Part shown: piece after piece, positions 51,962 to 61,302 of the stretch
How the letters are laid out: the number at the start of each line of letters is the position of its first letter
Position numbering within the stretch: position 1 is the first letter of the stretch
Origin: Promethearchaeota archaeon
Lineage (GTDB): Archaea > Asgardarchaeota > Lokiarchaeia > Sigyniarchaeales > SOKP01
Assembly (NCBI GenBank): GCA_048938855.1
Contig: JBHLLT010000005.1
Coordinates: 1 to 64,000 of the forward strand
DNA: 64,000 nt
Direction of reading: 5' to 3'
Notes under the pieces: model-generated
Seen by the model: only the letters and a program-made list of their open reading frames with translations
What the model was told of the DNA's origin: nothing
Database searches by the model: none
Program-made: the position numbers and the translations under genes

Positions 51962-52762
51962 ATGGATTTATTAAATAATTTATATTTTGAAATAAAACCT
52001 ATTTTTCATACTTTCACTTTTGAAATAAGACTACAATTGAAAAAATTTGTTATCTTTTCAGGAATATCTATTCTTATATTATTCTTAGATCAATTTATAA
52101 GAACTATCCAAACACAGTTTTTAGATGATCAATTTTACTTCTATAAATATGGATTGGGTCCTTTTACTTTAATTATTAGTTTTGCTGTTTCTTTTTTATT
52201 TGGTGGTATTATTTGTTCTGAGTTTAAAAATAAGACAGGTTTAGAAATTATACCTTTAATTCATAGATATAAATTAATTCTCGGAAAATATCTTGCAAAT
52301 TCACTATTAGTTATTGGTATTATTTCAGTTTATTATTTAACTATGGCTCTTTTTGCTTATTATTTCTTTGCTGGGCCGCTACTCAAAACTTTATTATATA
52401 GTTTTAGTTTTGCAGTATTATATGCTTTAGCATTAGGTAGCATTGCGACTTTTTTAAGTTCTTTTTTACGATCAATCATACCCATAATTTTAATAATTGT
52501 AGGATATACTTTCATAGGAGATTTAATTATTACATCTATTATTAGAGGCATTAATAACCAGTTAGAACCATTATTTTCTTTCGATTATCTTTTTAATATA
52601 GTAGAGAATATTTTATATCCCAATTTCACTCAGTGGAATAGACTTAGTCCTTCCGGAATTTGGATGTTTCCAAGTATTGAAGGAGCATTAATTATATTAT
52701 CGCTTTACATTGTATCATTTCTTGTTTTAAGTATTTTATTATTTAAACGTAGGGAATTTTAA
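51962..52762 (+). CDS. ABC-2 type transporter permease
   Basis: About 6 TM, ICSEFKNKTG..LILGKY, ends FKRREF. Confidence 0.85.
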   Translation: MDLLNNLYFEIKPIFHTFTFEIRLQLKKFVIFSGISILILFLDQFIRTIQTQFLDDQFYFYKYGLGPFTLIISFAVSFLFGGIICSEFKNKTGLEIIPLIHRYKLILGKYLANSLLVIGIISVYYLTMALFAYYFFAGPLLKTLLYSFSFAVLYALALGSIATFLSSFLRSIIPIILIIVGYTFIGDLIITSIIRGINNQLEPLFSFDYLFNIVENILYPNFTQWNRLSPSGIWMFPSIEGALIILSLYIVSFLVLSILLFKRREF

Positions 52763-52809
52763 TATTAAAAAAATGAAAATTGAATTGATAAATAAAATGG
52801 GATAAATAA

Positions 52810-53781
52810 ATGATAGAAAAAAAATGGATAGCTCCAAAAATGATTATTATTTTGATAATTATAATTCCATTAATAAATCTCATCTTAATTTCTGTAGTAC
52901 ATGCTGATACACCCTACTTAAATGATTTGGAAATCGGCACACAATTATTACAAGTTAAAAAATATGATGTTGAAACTTGGAAAAACACGGTAGATAACGA
53001 ATCAACTCCTAGTGATTGGTTTGGGGGAGATGCCGATAAAATTGGAGCTAAGAGTAAAATTACACTAAATGTTTTTTTTGATAGGAATGTAACTGCAAAT
53101 TCTTTGTTTGCAAGTGTGGTAATTCCACAAAATTATTTACCAATTTATGAATTAATTAGAGATTATGGATATGGTGAAAATTATATTGAAAACCATTATC
53201 CGAATGTATATGAAGTCTGGAGTTATTATTCTAGTTTCTGGAGATTTACAACTAAAGAATTCAAATGGAATGCAATTAGCAAATATTCATATATCTTTAA
53301 ATTTCCCCAAGATGCTTCATCACTATTAAACGATTATAATAATTTTTCTGGAATAATAAATAATGATACTGTGCTACAGTCATTAAATTACTCTTTACCA
53401 ATTCTCAGTGGAGATGATATAGTTTTACAATTAATAACTAAAAGACTTGCAGTAGGTAATCCGAAAAATCAATATATATCTTCATTTATAAATGCTGTTG
53501 GATGCATAAACGCAACAATTCAAGGCAATTCTCTCATTTTGCAAAGATATGGAGAAAAAAGTTATTCTGTTGAAGCAACTTACAAAACTCAAGGCTTTCT
53601 CGATAATATTATTGTTAAGGACTCAGAGGGTTATATTTTTTATAAAATTTCAAGTCTTTATCCAAAAGTCATATTTTACATTCTTATAGGAATAATTTCT
53701 ATTTCCATTTTAGGAGTAGTTACTGTTCTAATTATCAGGAAATACAAGCTAGAAAAATATTTTAAACAAAATAGAGAATAA
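52810..53781 (+). CDS. secreted protein with C-terminal TM anchor
   Basis: Signal-like N-terminus ending VVHA, C-terminal hydrophobic helix plus basic tail. Confidence 0.75.
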   Translation: MIEKKWIAPKMIIILIIIIPLINLILISVVHADTPYLNDLEIGTQLLQVKKYDVETWKNTVDNESTPSDWFGGDADKIGAKSKITLNVFFDRNVTANSLFASVVIPQNYLPIYELIRDYGYGENYIENHYPNVYEVWSYYSSFWRFTTKEFKWNAISKYSYIFKFPQDASSLLNDYNNFSGIINNDTVLQSLNYSLPILSGDDIVLQLITKRLAVGNPKNQYISSFINAVGCINATIQGNSLILQRYGEKSYSVEATYKTQGFLDNIIVKDSEGYIFYKISSLYPKVIFYILIGIISISILGVVTVLIIRKYKLEKYFKQNRE

Positions 53782-53913
53782 ATAGAACATATAATATTAT
53801 TTCATGGAATTGGACCTTCTGGGTATCTGAGTGGTAATAATCAAGAATAAATATATAAAAATTCGATCTTTAAGATCGAAATCTTTTTTGTTAATAATAC
53901 TAATGAGTGCCGT

Positions 53914-55419
53914 TTAATGATGAATGGGGCGACCTTTTTTATGGATAGACGTCCCTACTACCGCTTCGCTACCTTCCAGAACCATTTCTGATATGGTGGG
54001 GTGACTATGTATGGTTTCCCCAATATCATGAATGGTTAATCCATGTTGCATTGCTAATGCAATTTCAGCTATCAATTCAGGGGCTTCGGCTCCAATACAT
54101 GAGGCTCCAAGAATTTTATAGGTAGTTTTATCTGCAAGAACCATTATGAAACCTTCTTCTTCTCCCATACATTTAGCTTTACCAAGAGATTGATATGGAA
54201 ACTGCCCCATTAATACATCAAAACCTAAATTTTTTGCCACTTTCCTTCTATATCCAACAGATCCTATATTCGGAGAAGTAAATATTGTAGCAGGGACAAC
54301 TTTATAGTCCGTCTTCATTTCATCTACAGGAAATCCACCAATACTACTTAAAGCATTTGCTACAGCAACATCACCTTCGTAACTTGCTACATGGGCTAGC
54401 ATAATCCCTCCTGTAACATCCCCTATAGCATATATTCCTTTAGTTGCTGTTTCTAAAGTATTTGGCTTTACTTTAATGGCACCTCTATCTGTTTCAATAC
54501 CTAAATTCTCGAGTCCTATACTTTTGGATTCTTTACAGCGCCCTATCGAGACTAAACATAAATCAGCTTCAAATAATTGTTTTTCAGCATTTTCTACTTG
54601 ATCTCGTGGAACCTCTGCAGAACAGGTAGTAGCTTTCACACCATTTCCTGTATTTTCCACAGATAATACATTTTTTGAGGTGTGAATTTCGATACCCAGA
54701 TTTTCAAATTTTTTCTGCAGTACTTTTACAATCATTGGTTCTTCAGTAGCAATAGGAGAAGAAAGATATTCCAATAAAGTAACCTTACTACCAAAAGTAG
54801 CAAAAATATTAGCAAATTCACAACCAATGACTCCCGCTCCTATTATCAATAATTGTTCTGGTACTGTCTTAAAATTAGGATCTAAGATATCATCACTCGT
54901 TAATATTCTTTTATGATCGATATTGAAAGCTGGAATTAGTGCCGGAGATGAACCAGTAGCAATTATCACTCGTTTTGCTTTAATATTTACACTTTTTTCA
55001 CCTTCAACTGAAATTTCAAACTCTGTATCAATATTTCCTCCAATTATTTTCCCAAATCCATGATAAATATCATTCTTCCAACTCCTCTCCAAAGCTTCGA
55101 TTCCCTCTACCAATTCTTTAACAACTTTATTTTTCCGTTCCACTGCTTTTGAAAAAGATAATTTAAAATCCGATACTTCTAGTCCAAATTCATCAGCTTT
55201 CTTGATTTTTTCAATTAAATGAGCTGAAGCAAATAAAGCTTTTGTGGGAATACATCCTCTATTAAGACATGTACCTCCTAGTTTATCTTTCTCAATTAAT
55301 GCAACTTTTGCACCATATTGGGCAGCTCTAATAGCTCCATGATAACCACCAGGACCAGCTCCAATAATTGCTAAATCGTATAGTTTATCACTCATTTTAT
55401 CATCAATTATTTTTATCAA
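53914..55419 (-). CDS. lpdA: dihydrolipoamide dehydrogenase
   Basis: GAGPGGY, GGTCLNRGCIPTK, HSHPTISE. Confidence 0.93.
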   Translation of the reverse strand: MIKIIDDKMSDKLYDLAIIGAGPGGYHGAIRAAQYGAKVALIEKDKLGGTCLNRGCIPTKALFASAHLIEKIKKADEFGLEVSDFKLSFSKAVERKNKVVKELVEGIEALERSWKNDIYHGFGKIIGGNIDTEFEISVEGEKSVNIKAKRVIIATGSSPALIPAFNIDHKRILTSDDILDPNFKTVPEQLLIIGAGVIGCEFANIFATFGSKVTLLEYLSSPIATEEPMIVKVLQKKFENLGIEIHTSKNVLSVENTGNGVKATTCSAEVPRDQVENAEKQLFEADLCLVSIGRCKESKSIGLENLGIETDRGAIKVKPNTLETATKGIYAIGDVTGGIMLAHVASYEGDVAVANALSSIGGFPVDEMKTDYKVVPATIFTSPNIGSVGYRRKVAKNLGFDVLMGQFPYQSLGKAKCMGEEEGFIMVLADKTTYKILGASCIGAEAPELIAEIALAMQHGLTIHDIGETIHSHPTISEMVLEGSEAVVGTSIHKKGRPIHH

Positions 55420-55785
55420 ATGAGGTTATGAAATAAAATTTTAACGATTAATATTTAATTTAAATTCTTCTATGTAAGTAAAAATATTCAAAATATTAAT
55501 TTTTTTTTAAAAAATAAATAATTCATTTATCGATATTAGTCATTGATATGATTGCAAAACGTACATCATATCATTTGATCCCTAACACTGTATAAATAAA
55601 TTTGAGATTAGGGATAATAGATCTACAAGTATTTAAAAAAACATTATTATATATAATAACGTCTCAAAAGATTTTCTCTTTCTTTCTTTTATGGTATGGA
55701 TTAATAAACGAATTATCATAATTTAATAGTAAAGCTAACATTTTTTTTATTGAATTGATTCAAAACTCATTATATTCTCATAAAA

Positions 55786-56205
55786 ATGGACATAATTGAT
55801 CAAAAAATATTAGAACTCCTTGAAGAAAATAGTCGATTGTCATTCAATGAGATCTCTGAAAAAATAAATAAAACAGAAGCAACTGTTAGGAGAAGAGTAA
55901 AAAGGCTCAAAGATGAGGGAATAATTCAAAAATTTACAATTGAGTATGATATCGATACGGGTCAGAAATTATCCGCAACTATTAAAATTGAGCCTGATTT
56001 TAAAGATATTAAAAGAATTGTGAAAGAACTATCAAATATTGAAGAGATTTCTAATATTTGGAGGTTATCAGGTGATTGTGGTTTACTTTTAAAAGTTGAT
56101 ATTATCTCTATTGATAGATTCAACCCATTAATTGAGGATAAAATATCACAAATAGCTGGAATAAAGATTATCGAGACGTGTATTATTACTGATATTATTA
56201 AGTAA
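55786..56205 (+). CDS. Lrp/AsnC family transcriptional regulator
   Basis: MDIIDQKILELLEENSRLSF..TVRRRVKRLKDEGII, LSGDCGLL. Confidence 0.92.
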   Translation: MDIIDQKILELLEENSRLSFNEISEKINKTEATVRRRVKRLKDEGIIQKFTIEYDIDTGQKLSATIKIEPDFKDIKRIVKELSNIEEISNIWRLSGDCGLLLKVDIISIDRFNPLIEDKISQIAGIKIIETCIITDIIK

Positions 56206-56417
56206 TGAATATTGAATCTTTTTTATATATCTTAAAAATTATAATTTGAATATCACTTTTTAATAATATAAAGGAGAAACAGTTTAATATACATAAAGAA
56301 CACAAAAAATAAATAATATTAACAATAAGAATCTTTGAAATTTAATTCAAAGAAAAAAGTATTTAAGGATAATAAAAGATAATTTAGAAAAAGGAATGGG
56401 TTTCGATCTAAGATAAG

Positions 56418-56957
56418 GTGTTAAAGATAGAAGAGAAGCAAGCATTTAAATTATGCATTTTCGGTGCAGGGGGAGTTGGTAAGACAACGCTAATAAGACG
56501 ATTTGTAACAAAAGTATTCGAGGAAGATATAAAGATGACAATTGGAGCGGATTTTAGCATAAAAAATTTAACGCTTGATGAAGGTACTGTTACACTTCGA
56601 ATTTGGGATTTTGCAGGAGAAGAACGTTTCAGAGTGCTTTTACCTAGTTTTGCTAAGGGTGCTAAAGGTGGTATTTTCATGTTCGATACGACAAGGTATT
56701 CAAGTATCAAAGATATTGATGACTGGCTTTCTATCTTTGAATATTTTGGTTCTGAGTCAAAAACAAAAATACCAATCATTATGGTTGGGGGTAAGGTAGA
56801 TCTTAGAGATAAAAAATCTATAGAAACCGAAGAAGCTATGGAATTATCGAATAGATATGGGCTATCTGGTTATTTTGAGTGTTCATCTAAAACTGGGGAA
56901 AATATAGAGGAAATTTTTGAGTTTATTACTCGTAAGATGATTGAACATTCCAAGTAA
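56418..56957 (+). CDS. Rab-like small GTPase
   Basis: GAGGVGKTT, TIGADF, IWDFAG.ERF, ECSSKTGENI. Confidence 0.92.
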   Translation: MLKIEEKQAFKLCIFGAGGVGKTTLIRRFVTKVFEEDIKMTIGADFSIKNLTLDEGTVTLRIWDFAGEERFRVLLPSFAKGAKGGIFMFDTTRYSSIKDIDDWLSIFEYFGSESKTKIPIIMVGGKVDLRDKKSIETEEAMELSNRYGLSGYFECSSKTGENIEEIFEFITRKMIEHSK

Positions 56958-57005
56958 AAGGATGGAATATCCATGAAAATTTAATATTATCTGTTATAAA
57001 ATTCA

Positions 57006-57536
57006 TTACGTTCTTTTAATAACTTTGACTAAACCTTTTTTTCTCAGCTCTTCCATCATTTTTTCTATTTCTTTTCGACTTATTTGTGCTATTTCTGCAA
57101 CTTGCTCAATTGTATTCATTCCATCACAAACTTTTAATACTTTAAACTGGTCTTTATTAAGCATTCCCAATTGTACAGCCATAGGTGAAACTTCCTTAAC
57201 TACAATTGGGATTCTAACTTCAGATCCTTCTTGAAGAGCTTCGGCACCAATTTCTTCTGTGCTTGGTGATTCTCCAAAAAATGATTTAACACCAGTTACA
57301 TCAAAATTATCATTAATATAGACATAAACAGTATGTTCTTGCCCAGAACGGTCATCAATGTCTTCTGGATCAGGATTAGGATTTGAATGTTTAAATTCCT
57401 TAGCATAAATCCCCATTTTTAAGCCATCGATGATTTCGTCCTTATCTACTCGTAAAGAAACCATATCCTCGCATATATCGCACCATGCCCATGCTTCTAT
57501 TAATGAGAAATACTTCTTGACTTTGTTTTCTGGCAT
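57006..57536 (-). CDS. protein with CxxC..H..H N-terminal domain and C-terminal winged helix
   Basis: WCDIC..KH..EHTVYVYI; VLKVCDGMNTIEQVAEIA..MEELRKKGLV. Confidence 0.75.
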   Translation of the reverse strand: MPENKVKKYFSLIEAWAWCDICEDMVSLRVDKDEIIDGLKMGIYAKEFKHSNPNPDPEDIDDRSGQEHTVYVYINDNFDVTGVKSFFGESPSTEEIGAEALQEGSEVRIPIVVKEVSPMAVQLGMLNKDQFKVLKVCDGMNTIEQVAEIAQISRKEIEKMMEELRKKGLVKVIKRT

Positions 57537-57799
57537 CTTAGATCTCTTTATACTATTAATATTATTATATGCAAATAATGGTGTGTATCCATTTAAAATT
57601 TAATTTGCATGTTTGTTCTATAATGAATAAATCAATTTAAATCAACCAGTAAATAATTCATTAAGACTTATTTTTATTCTAATAAGAGCTAGTTCAAAAC
57701 CATAAATAATTAAAGTTATAACTTATTCTATTATCTAATTTTAAATTATGTTTATTAATTTAAATCTAAATTTAATCTAAGATTGCAAGTGATATATCA

Positions 57800-57976
57800 A
57801 TGTCAACGTACAAACGGAATGTCTGTTTTGGTTGTGGCAGACCAATAACTCCTTATGAAGCAGCAGTTCATTTTCCATGTCCTTCATGCGGAGACGTAAC
57901 AATATGGAGATGCGAACGCTGCAGGGAAATGGGAAAAGAGTATCGTTGTTTGAAATGTGACTTTTCAGGACCTTAA
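57800..57976 (+). CDS. small double zinc-ribbon protein (DUF1610/HVO_2753-like), not in ORF track
   Basis: MSTYKRNVCFGCGRPITPYEAAVHFPCPSCGDVTIWRCERCREMGKEYRCLKCDFSGP; this family commonly precedes EF-1beta in archaea. Confidence 0.88.
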   Translation: MSTYKRNVCFGCGRPITPYEAAVHFPCPSCGDVTIWRCERCREMGKEYRCLKCDFSGP

Positions 57977-58001
57977 ATTTAATATTAGAGGTGGTTTGAT
58001 A

Positions 58002-58268
58002 ATGGGAGATTTTGTTGCTATGATTGATATTGTGCCTGAAGATACAGATATAAACTTTGAAGTTTTTGTAGGGAAACTAAAGAATGTATTACCCGAAACT
58101 TGTCTAATTGAACATTATGACATATTACCCGTTGCATTTGGATTAAAAAAAGCTAGATTAAGAGTTAGATATCCAGAAGAATGGGGCGGAACTGATAAAC
58201 TTGAAGAATTATTTAAGCAAGTTGAAGGTATACAAGGTATTGAAGGGATAGCTTTTTCAAAAGCATGA
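58002..58268 (+). CDS. ef1b: translation elongation factor 1-beta
   Basis: PVAFGLKK motif, 88 aa, ATG at 58002 after GAGGTGG SD. Confidence 0.9.
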   Translation: MGDFVAMIDIVPEDTDINFEVFVGKLKNVLPETCLIEHYDILPVAFGLKKARLRVRYPEEWGGTDKLEELFKQVEGIQGIEGIAFSKA

Positions 58269-58302
58269 AAAGAACAATATAACAATATTTTAATTAATTG
58301 TT

Positions 58303-60168
58303 TTAATTAATTCTTTTAAATAACTTATCTAATTCTTTATACGAGAAAAATCTCATTGTAGGTCTTCCATGAGCACAATGAAAGGAATCTTTACACTTAG
58401 CTAATTGGATTAGTAATTCACGAATATCTTTTAAGGAGAGATCATCTCCTCCTCTAATACTTTTATGACATGATAAATAATTAATGATCTCCTCCTTAGC
58501 TTCCGCAAAACTTTTATCTTTACCAATTTCAGAAATATCACTTACAATTTCCTTTATAATATTGATATTTGGAACCTTCCTCATTATTACGGGAATATCT
58601 CTTATAATGAAGGTGTTCCCGCCAAAATATTCAAAGGTAAAACCCAATTTAAGGATTTCATTTAGATTTGACTCTAAGAATATCTTTTCACTAGGTGTAA
58701 CTTCGATCTTTAATGGAGAAATTAGTTTTTGTTTATTTTGTTTTAAATTTTCATATTCCCTAAGAAACTTCTCTTTATTAATTCGTTCTGAAGCAGCGTG
58801 TTGATCCAAAATAAATAATCCCTCTTCATCATTCTCATTAGTTCCCTCAAGCACAACATATATTTTGTTATTTAACTGGCCTGTACTAGATATTAATCGT
58901 AATTTAGGGAAATTTTCAGAAATTATATACTTCCTTCTTAAAAAGGATTCAGGCAAATTCTTTTTAGCGTCAATTTCTCTAATTTCCTCATCGTCTAAAC
59001 TAAGTTGTACTCTTTCTTCAGAAAAACTCAAATTGTTCTGGGATGACTTCTCTATTATTTTTTCTATAGTTTGAGGTTCGTTTAATGGTTCTTTTAAGTC
59101 ATTTTCTTGTCTATCTGTTTCTGGGATAAAATCTTCTAATTCAGTTGATATAAATTTAGCTTCCTTGAATATGAATTTATCTTGAACAATACTCTGAATT
59201 ACATTATAGACTTTATTATATATAGCATCTTCCCTTTCGAACCTCACATAAAGTTTTTTAGGATGTACATTAAAATCTATTACAGAAGGATCAAGATCAA
59301 GAAAGATAATAAAAAACGGATATTTGCTTACCATTAATGTTCCTTCATATGCTTCACTTATCGCCCTAAATAATGCATCACTTATGATATAGCGTCGATT
59401 TATAAATAAACTTGAATAAGATCTGTTTTTTTTAGCAATTTGGGGATGTCCAAGCAACCCATATATCCTAAATTGATCATTTTCATCCCTATAATCAAAA
59501 GGTTCCATAAATTTAGCAATTTTTTTCCCATAGATGTGAAATACAGTGGTTTTTAAATCGTTTGAAGCAGGGCAATTGAGTATATCTAAATCATTGTGAC
59601 GATAAATAAAATGAAGTTCTGGGTAAGACAAAGAATATCTCTGAATAATATCTGTTATGTGACTCAATTCAGTAGCATCAGTTTTAAGAAACTTTTGTCT
59701 GGCGGGAAGGTTGTAAAAAAGATTAGAAACCTGAATTTTCGTACCAATCGGACAAGAAACTTTTTTCTTATCTACGATTTTTCCACCCTCAATCAATAAT
59801 TGAACTCCTTTCTCTTCATCTTTAACTCTAGAAGTAATATCCACCTTACTTACCGCTGCAATACTAGCCAACGCTTCTCCCCTAAAACCTAGGGTAGAGA
59901 GGTTTTCTAAATCCATAATACTTCTAATTTTACTGCTTGTATGTCGTTCAAAAGCTAATTCAAGGTCTTCAGATGGGATTCCAAAGCCATTATCAATTAC
60001 TTGGATAAAAGATTTACCAGCTCTTTTTACAATTACTCTAATCTCATTTGCGTTAGCATCAATACTATTCTCAATAAGTTCCTTTACAATATTAGCAGGT
60101 CTATCAACTACTTCTCCTGCTGCTATCTTCTCAGCATCAATTATTTTTTTAATTTTTCTTTCATTCAA
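58303..60168 (-). CDS. mutL: DNA mismatch repair protein MutL
   Basis: IAAGEVVDRP, GFRGEAL, DQHAASER endonuclease motif, CAHGRPT. Confidence 0.95.
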   Translation of the reverse strand: MNERKIKKIIDAEKIAAGEVVDRPANIVKELIENSIDANANEIRVIVKRAGKSFIQVIDNGFGIPSEDLELAFERHTSSKIRSIMDLENLSTLGFRGEALASIAAVSKVDITSRVKDEEKGVQLLIEGGKIVDKKKVSCPIGTKIQVSNLFYNLPARQKFLKTDATELSHITDIIQRYSLSYPELHFIYRHNDLDILNCPASNDLKTTVFHIYGKKIAKFMEPFDYRDENDQFRIYGLLGHPQIAKKNRSYSSLFINRRYIISDALFRAISEAYEGTLMVSKYPFFIIFLDLDPSVIDFNVHPKKLYVRFEREDAIYNKVYNVIQSIVQDKFIFKEAKFISTELEDFIPETDRQENDLKEPLNEPQTIEKIIEKSSQNNLSFSEERVQLSLDDEEIREIDAKKNLPESFLRRKYIISENFPKLRLISSTGQLNNKIYVVLEGTNENDEEGLFILDQHAASERINKEKFLREYENLKQNKQKLISPLKIEVTPSEKIFLESNLNEILKLGFTFEYFGGNTFIIRDIPVIMRKVPNINIIKEIVSDISEIGKDKSFAEAKEEIINYLSCHKSIRGGDDLSLKDIRELLIQLAKCKDSFHCAHGRPTMRFFSYKELDKLFKRIN

Positions 60169-60375
60169 TGTAACTATCTAATTTTCAATCGTTAATCCAT
60201 AGATTGTTTAAGAATATTAAGCTAATATAATTCTCATTGCAATCAAATTTAAAATAATACACTATTAAAGTTTAAATAATTTTAGATTGAGATCGTCTTT
60301 CTTTATCTATTTTATTGAAAGTAAGTCTTTTAAATTTCCTTTAATACTTTATTATAATTCTATTATTTGTGAATT

Positions 60376-61302
60376 ATGAGCATTCAAGATTTATCGAACC
60401 AAGAGGAAAAATCCTCTTTTCAAGTGTATATCATTTGTATTTTTATAACCATCACAATTATCCTCATTGAATTAAGAATCTTCCTATATTTCTTTGAGAT
60501 TTCTGAATGGATGCAAAGCACTAAAGATATTGATTTTTATATCCTTAATGAAGGTATGGACAATGGTTTAATTAATTTCTATAACGATATTCTCATTTCA
60601 AATTGGCCACCCTACTATCTATATTTCTGGTATTTTATATTTTATCCGATTTATTTAATTCCTCCCGTAATTGGTGTTTATGTTTGGGATATTCTACGAT
60701 TAGTTTTAGTAATTCTTATTATCAGAAAATCACCAAAAGTATTTAAAAATAGAAAAGATTTATTAATTTTTTATATTCTGAGTATGGTCGGCTATAGTAT
60801 TGATGCATACTATAATAATGTTAATTTTTTGATAGCCTTCTTCTTATTTTATTCATTTGTATTTTTGGAAAAAAATAAAAAATGGATTTCTGGAATATTA
60901 TTTACCCTATCAACATTTAAAATAACAGCATTATTGTTTCTTCCAGTTCTACTCATTGTTAAAAAGATAAAATGGAAAGAATTAATTTACTATTTAACTC
61001 CTCTAATAATCTTATGCATTCCTTACATCATTTTTCCCGATTACTTCTGGCAAATGGTTGGAAATTGGTTTCACAGGGATGAAACAGTTCAAGGCCTTTT
61101 TGGAAGTTTCGATTCAATTATGTGGAAGGCTTTACAGCCCTCGCATTTGATGTTCATATCACTGTTATTAATAATATTTTTAGAGAATATAAAACGGGAG
61201 GATCGAAGAAATTTATACCGGTTTTTTCTTGTATCTTTTATTACAGTATATTACATTTATTTAACTACAATAGTTTTTATAATACCCGTTGTTTTTGGTT
61301 AG
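60376..61302 (+). CDS. polytopic membrane protein, GT87-like glycosyltransferase
   Basis: DIDF..., PPYYLY, NVNFL, FKIT lysine in TM, multiple TM. Confidence 0.6.
   Translation: MSIQDLSNQEEKSSFQVYIICIFITITIILIELRIFLYFFEISEWMQSTKDIDFYILNEGMDNGLINFYNDILISNWPPYYLYFWYFIFYPIYLIPPVIGVYVWDILRLVLVILIIRKSPKVFKNRKDLLIFYILSMVGYSIDAYYNNVNFLIAFFLFYSFVFLEKNKKWISGILFTLSTFKITALLFLPVLLIVKKIKWKELIYYLTPLIILCIPYIIFPDYFWQMVGNWFHRDETVQGLFGSFDSIMWKALQPSHLMFISLLLIIFLENIKREDRRNLYRFFLVSFITVYYIYLTTIVFIIPVVFG

Noticed and set aside
55794-55810. AATTGATCAAAAA resembling the 42810/44959 operator
   Set aside because: Lies in the conserved IDQKI codons of Lrp and lacks the AACT/AGTT dyad.
57957-58001. Extended GTG start for EF-1beta
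   Set aside because: Overlaps the zinc-ribbon gene; ATG at 58002 has a proper SD and gives the normal length.
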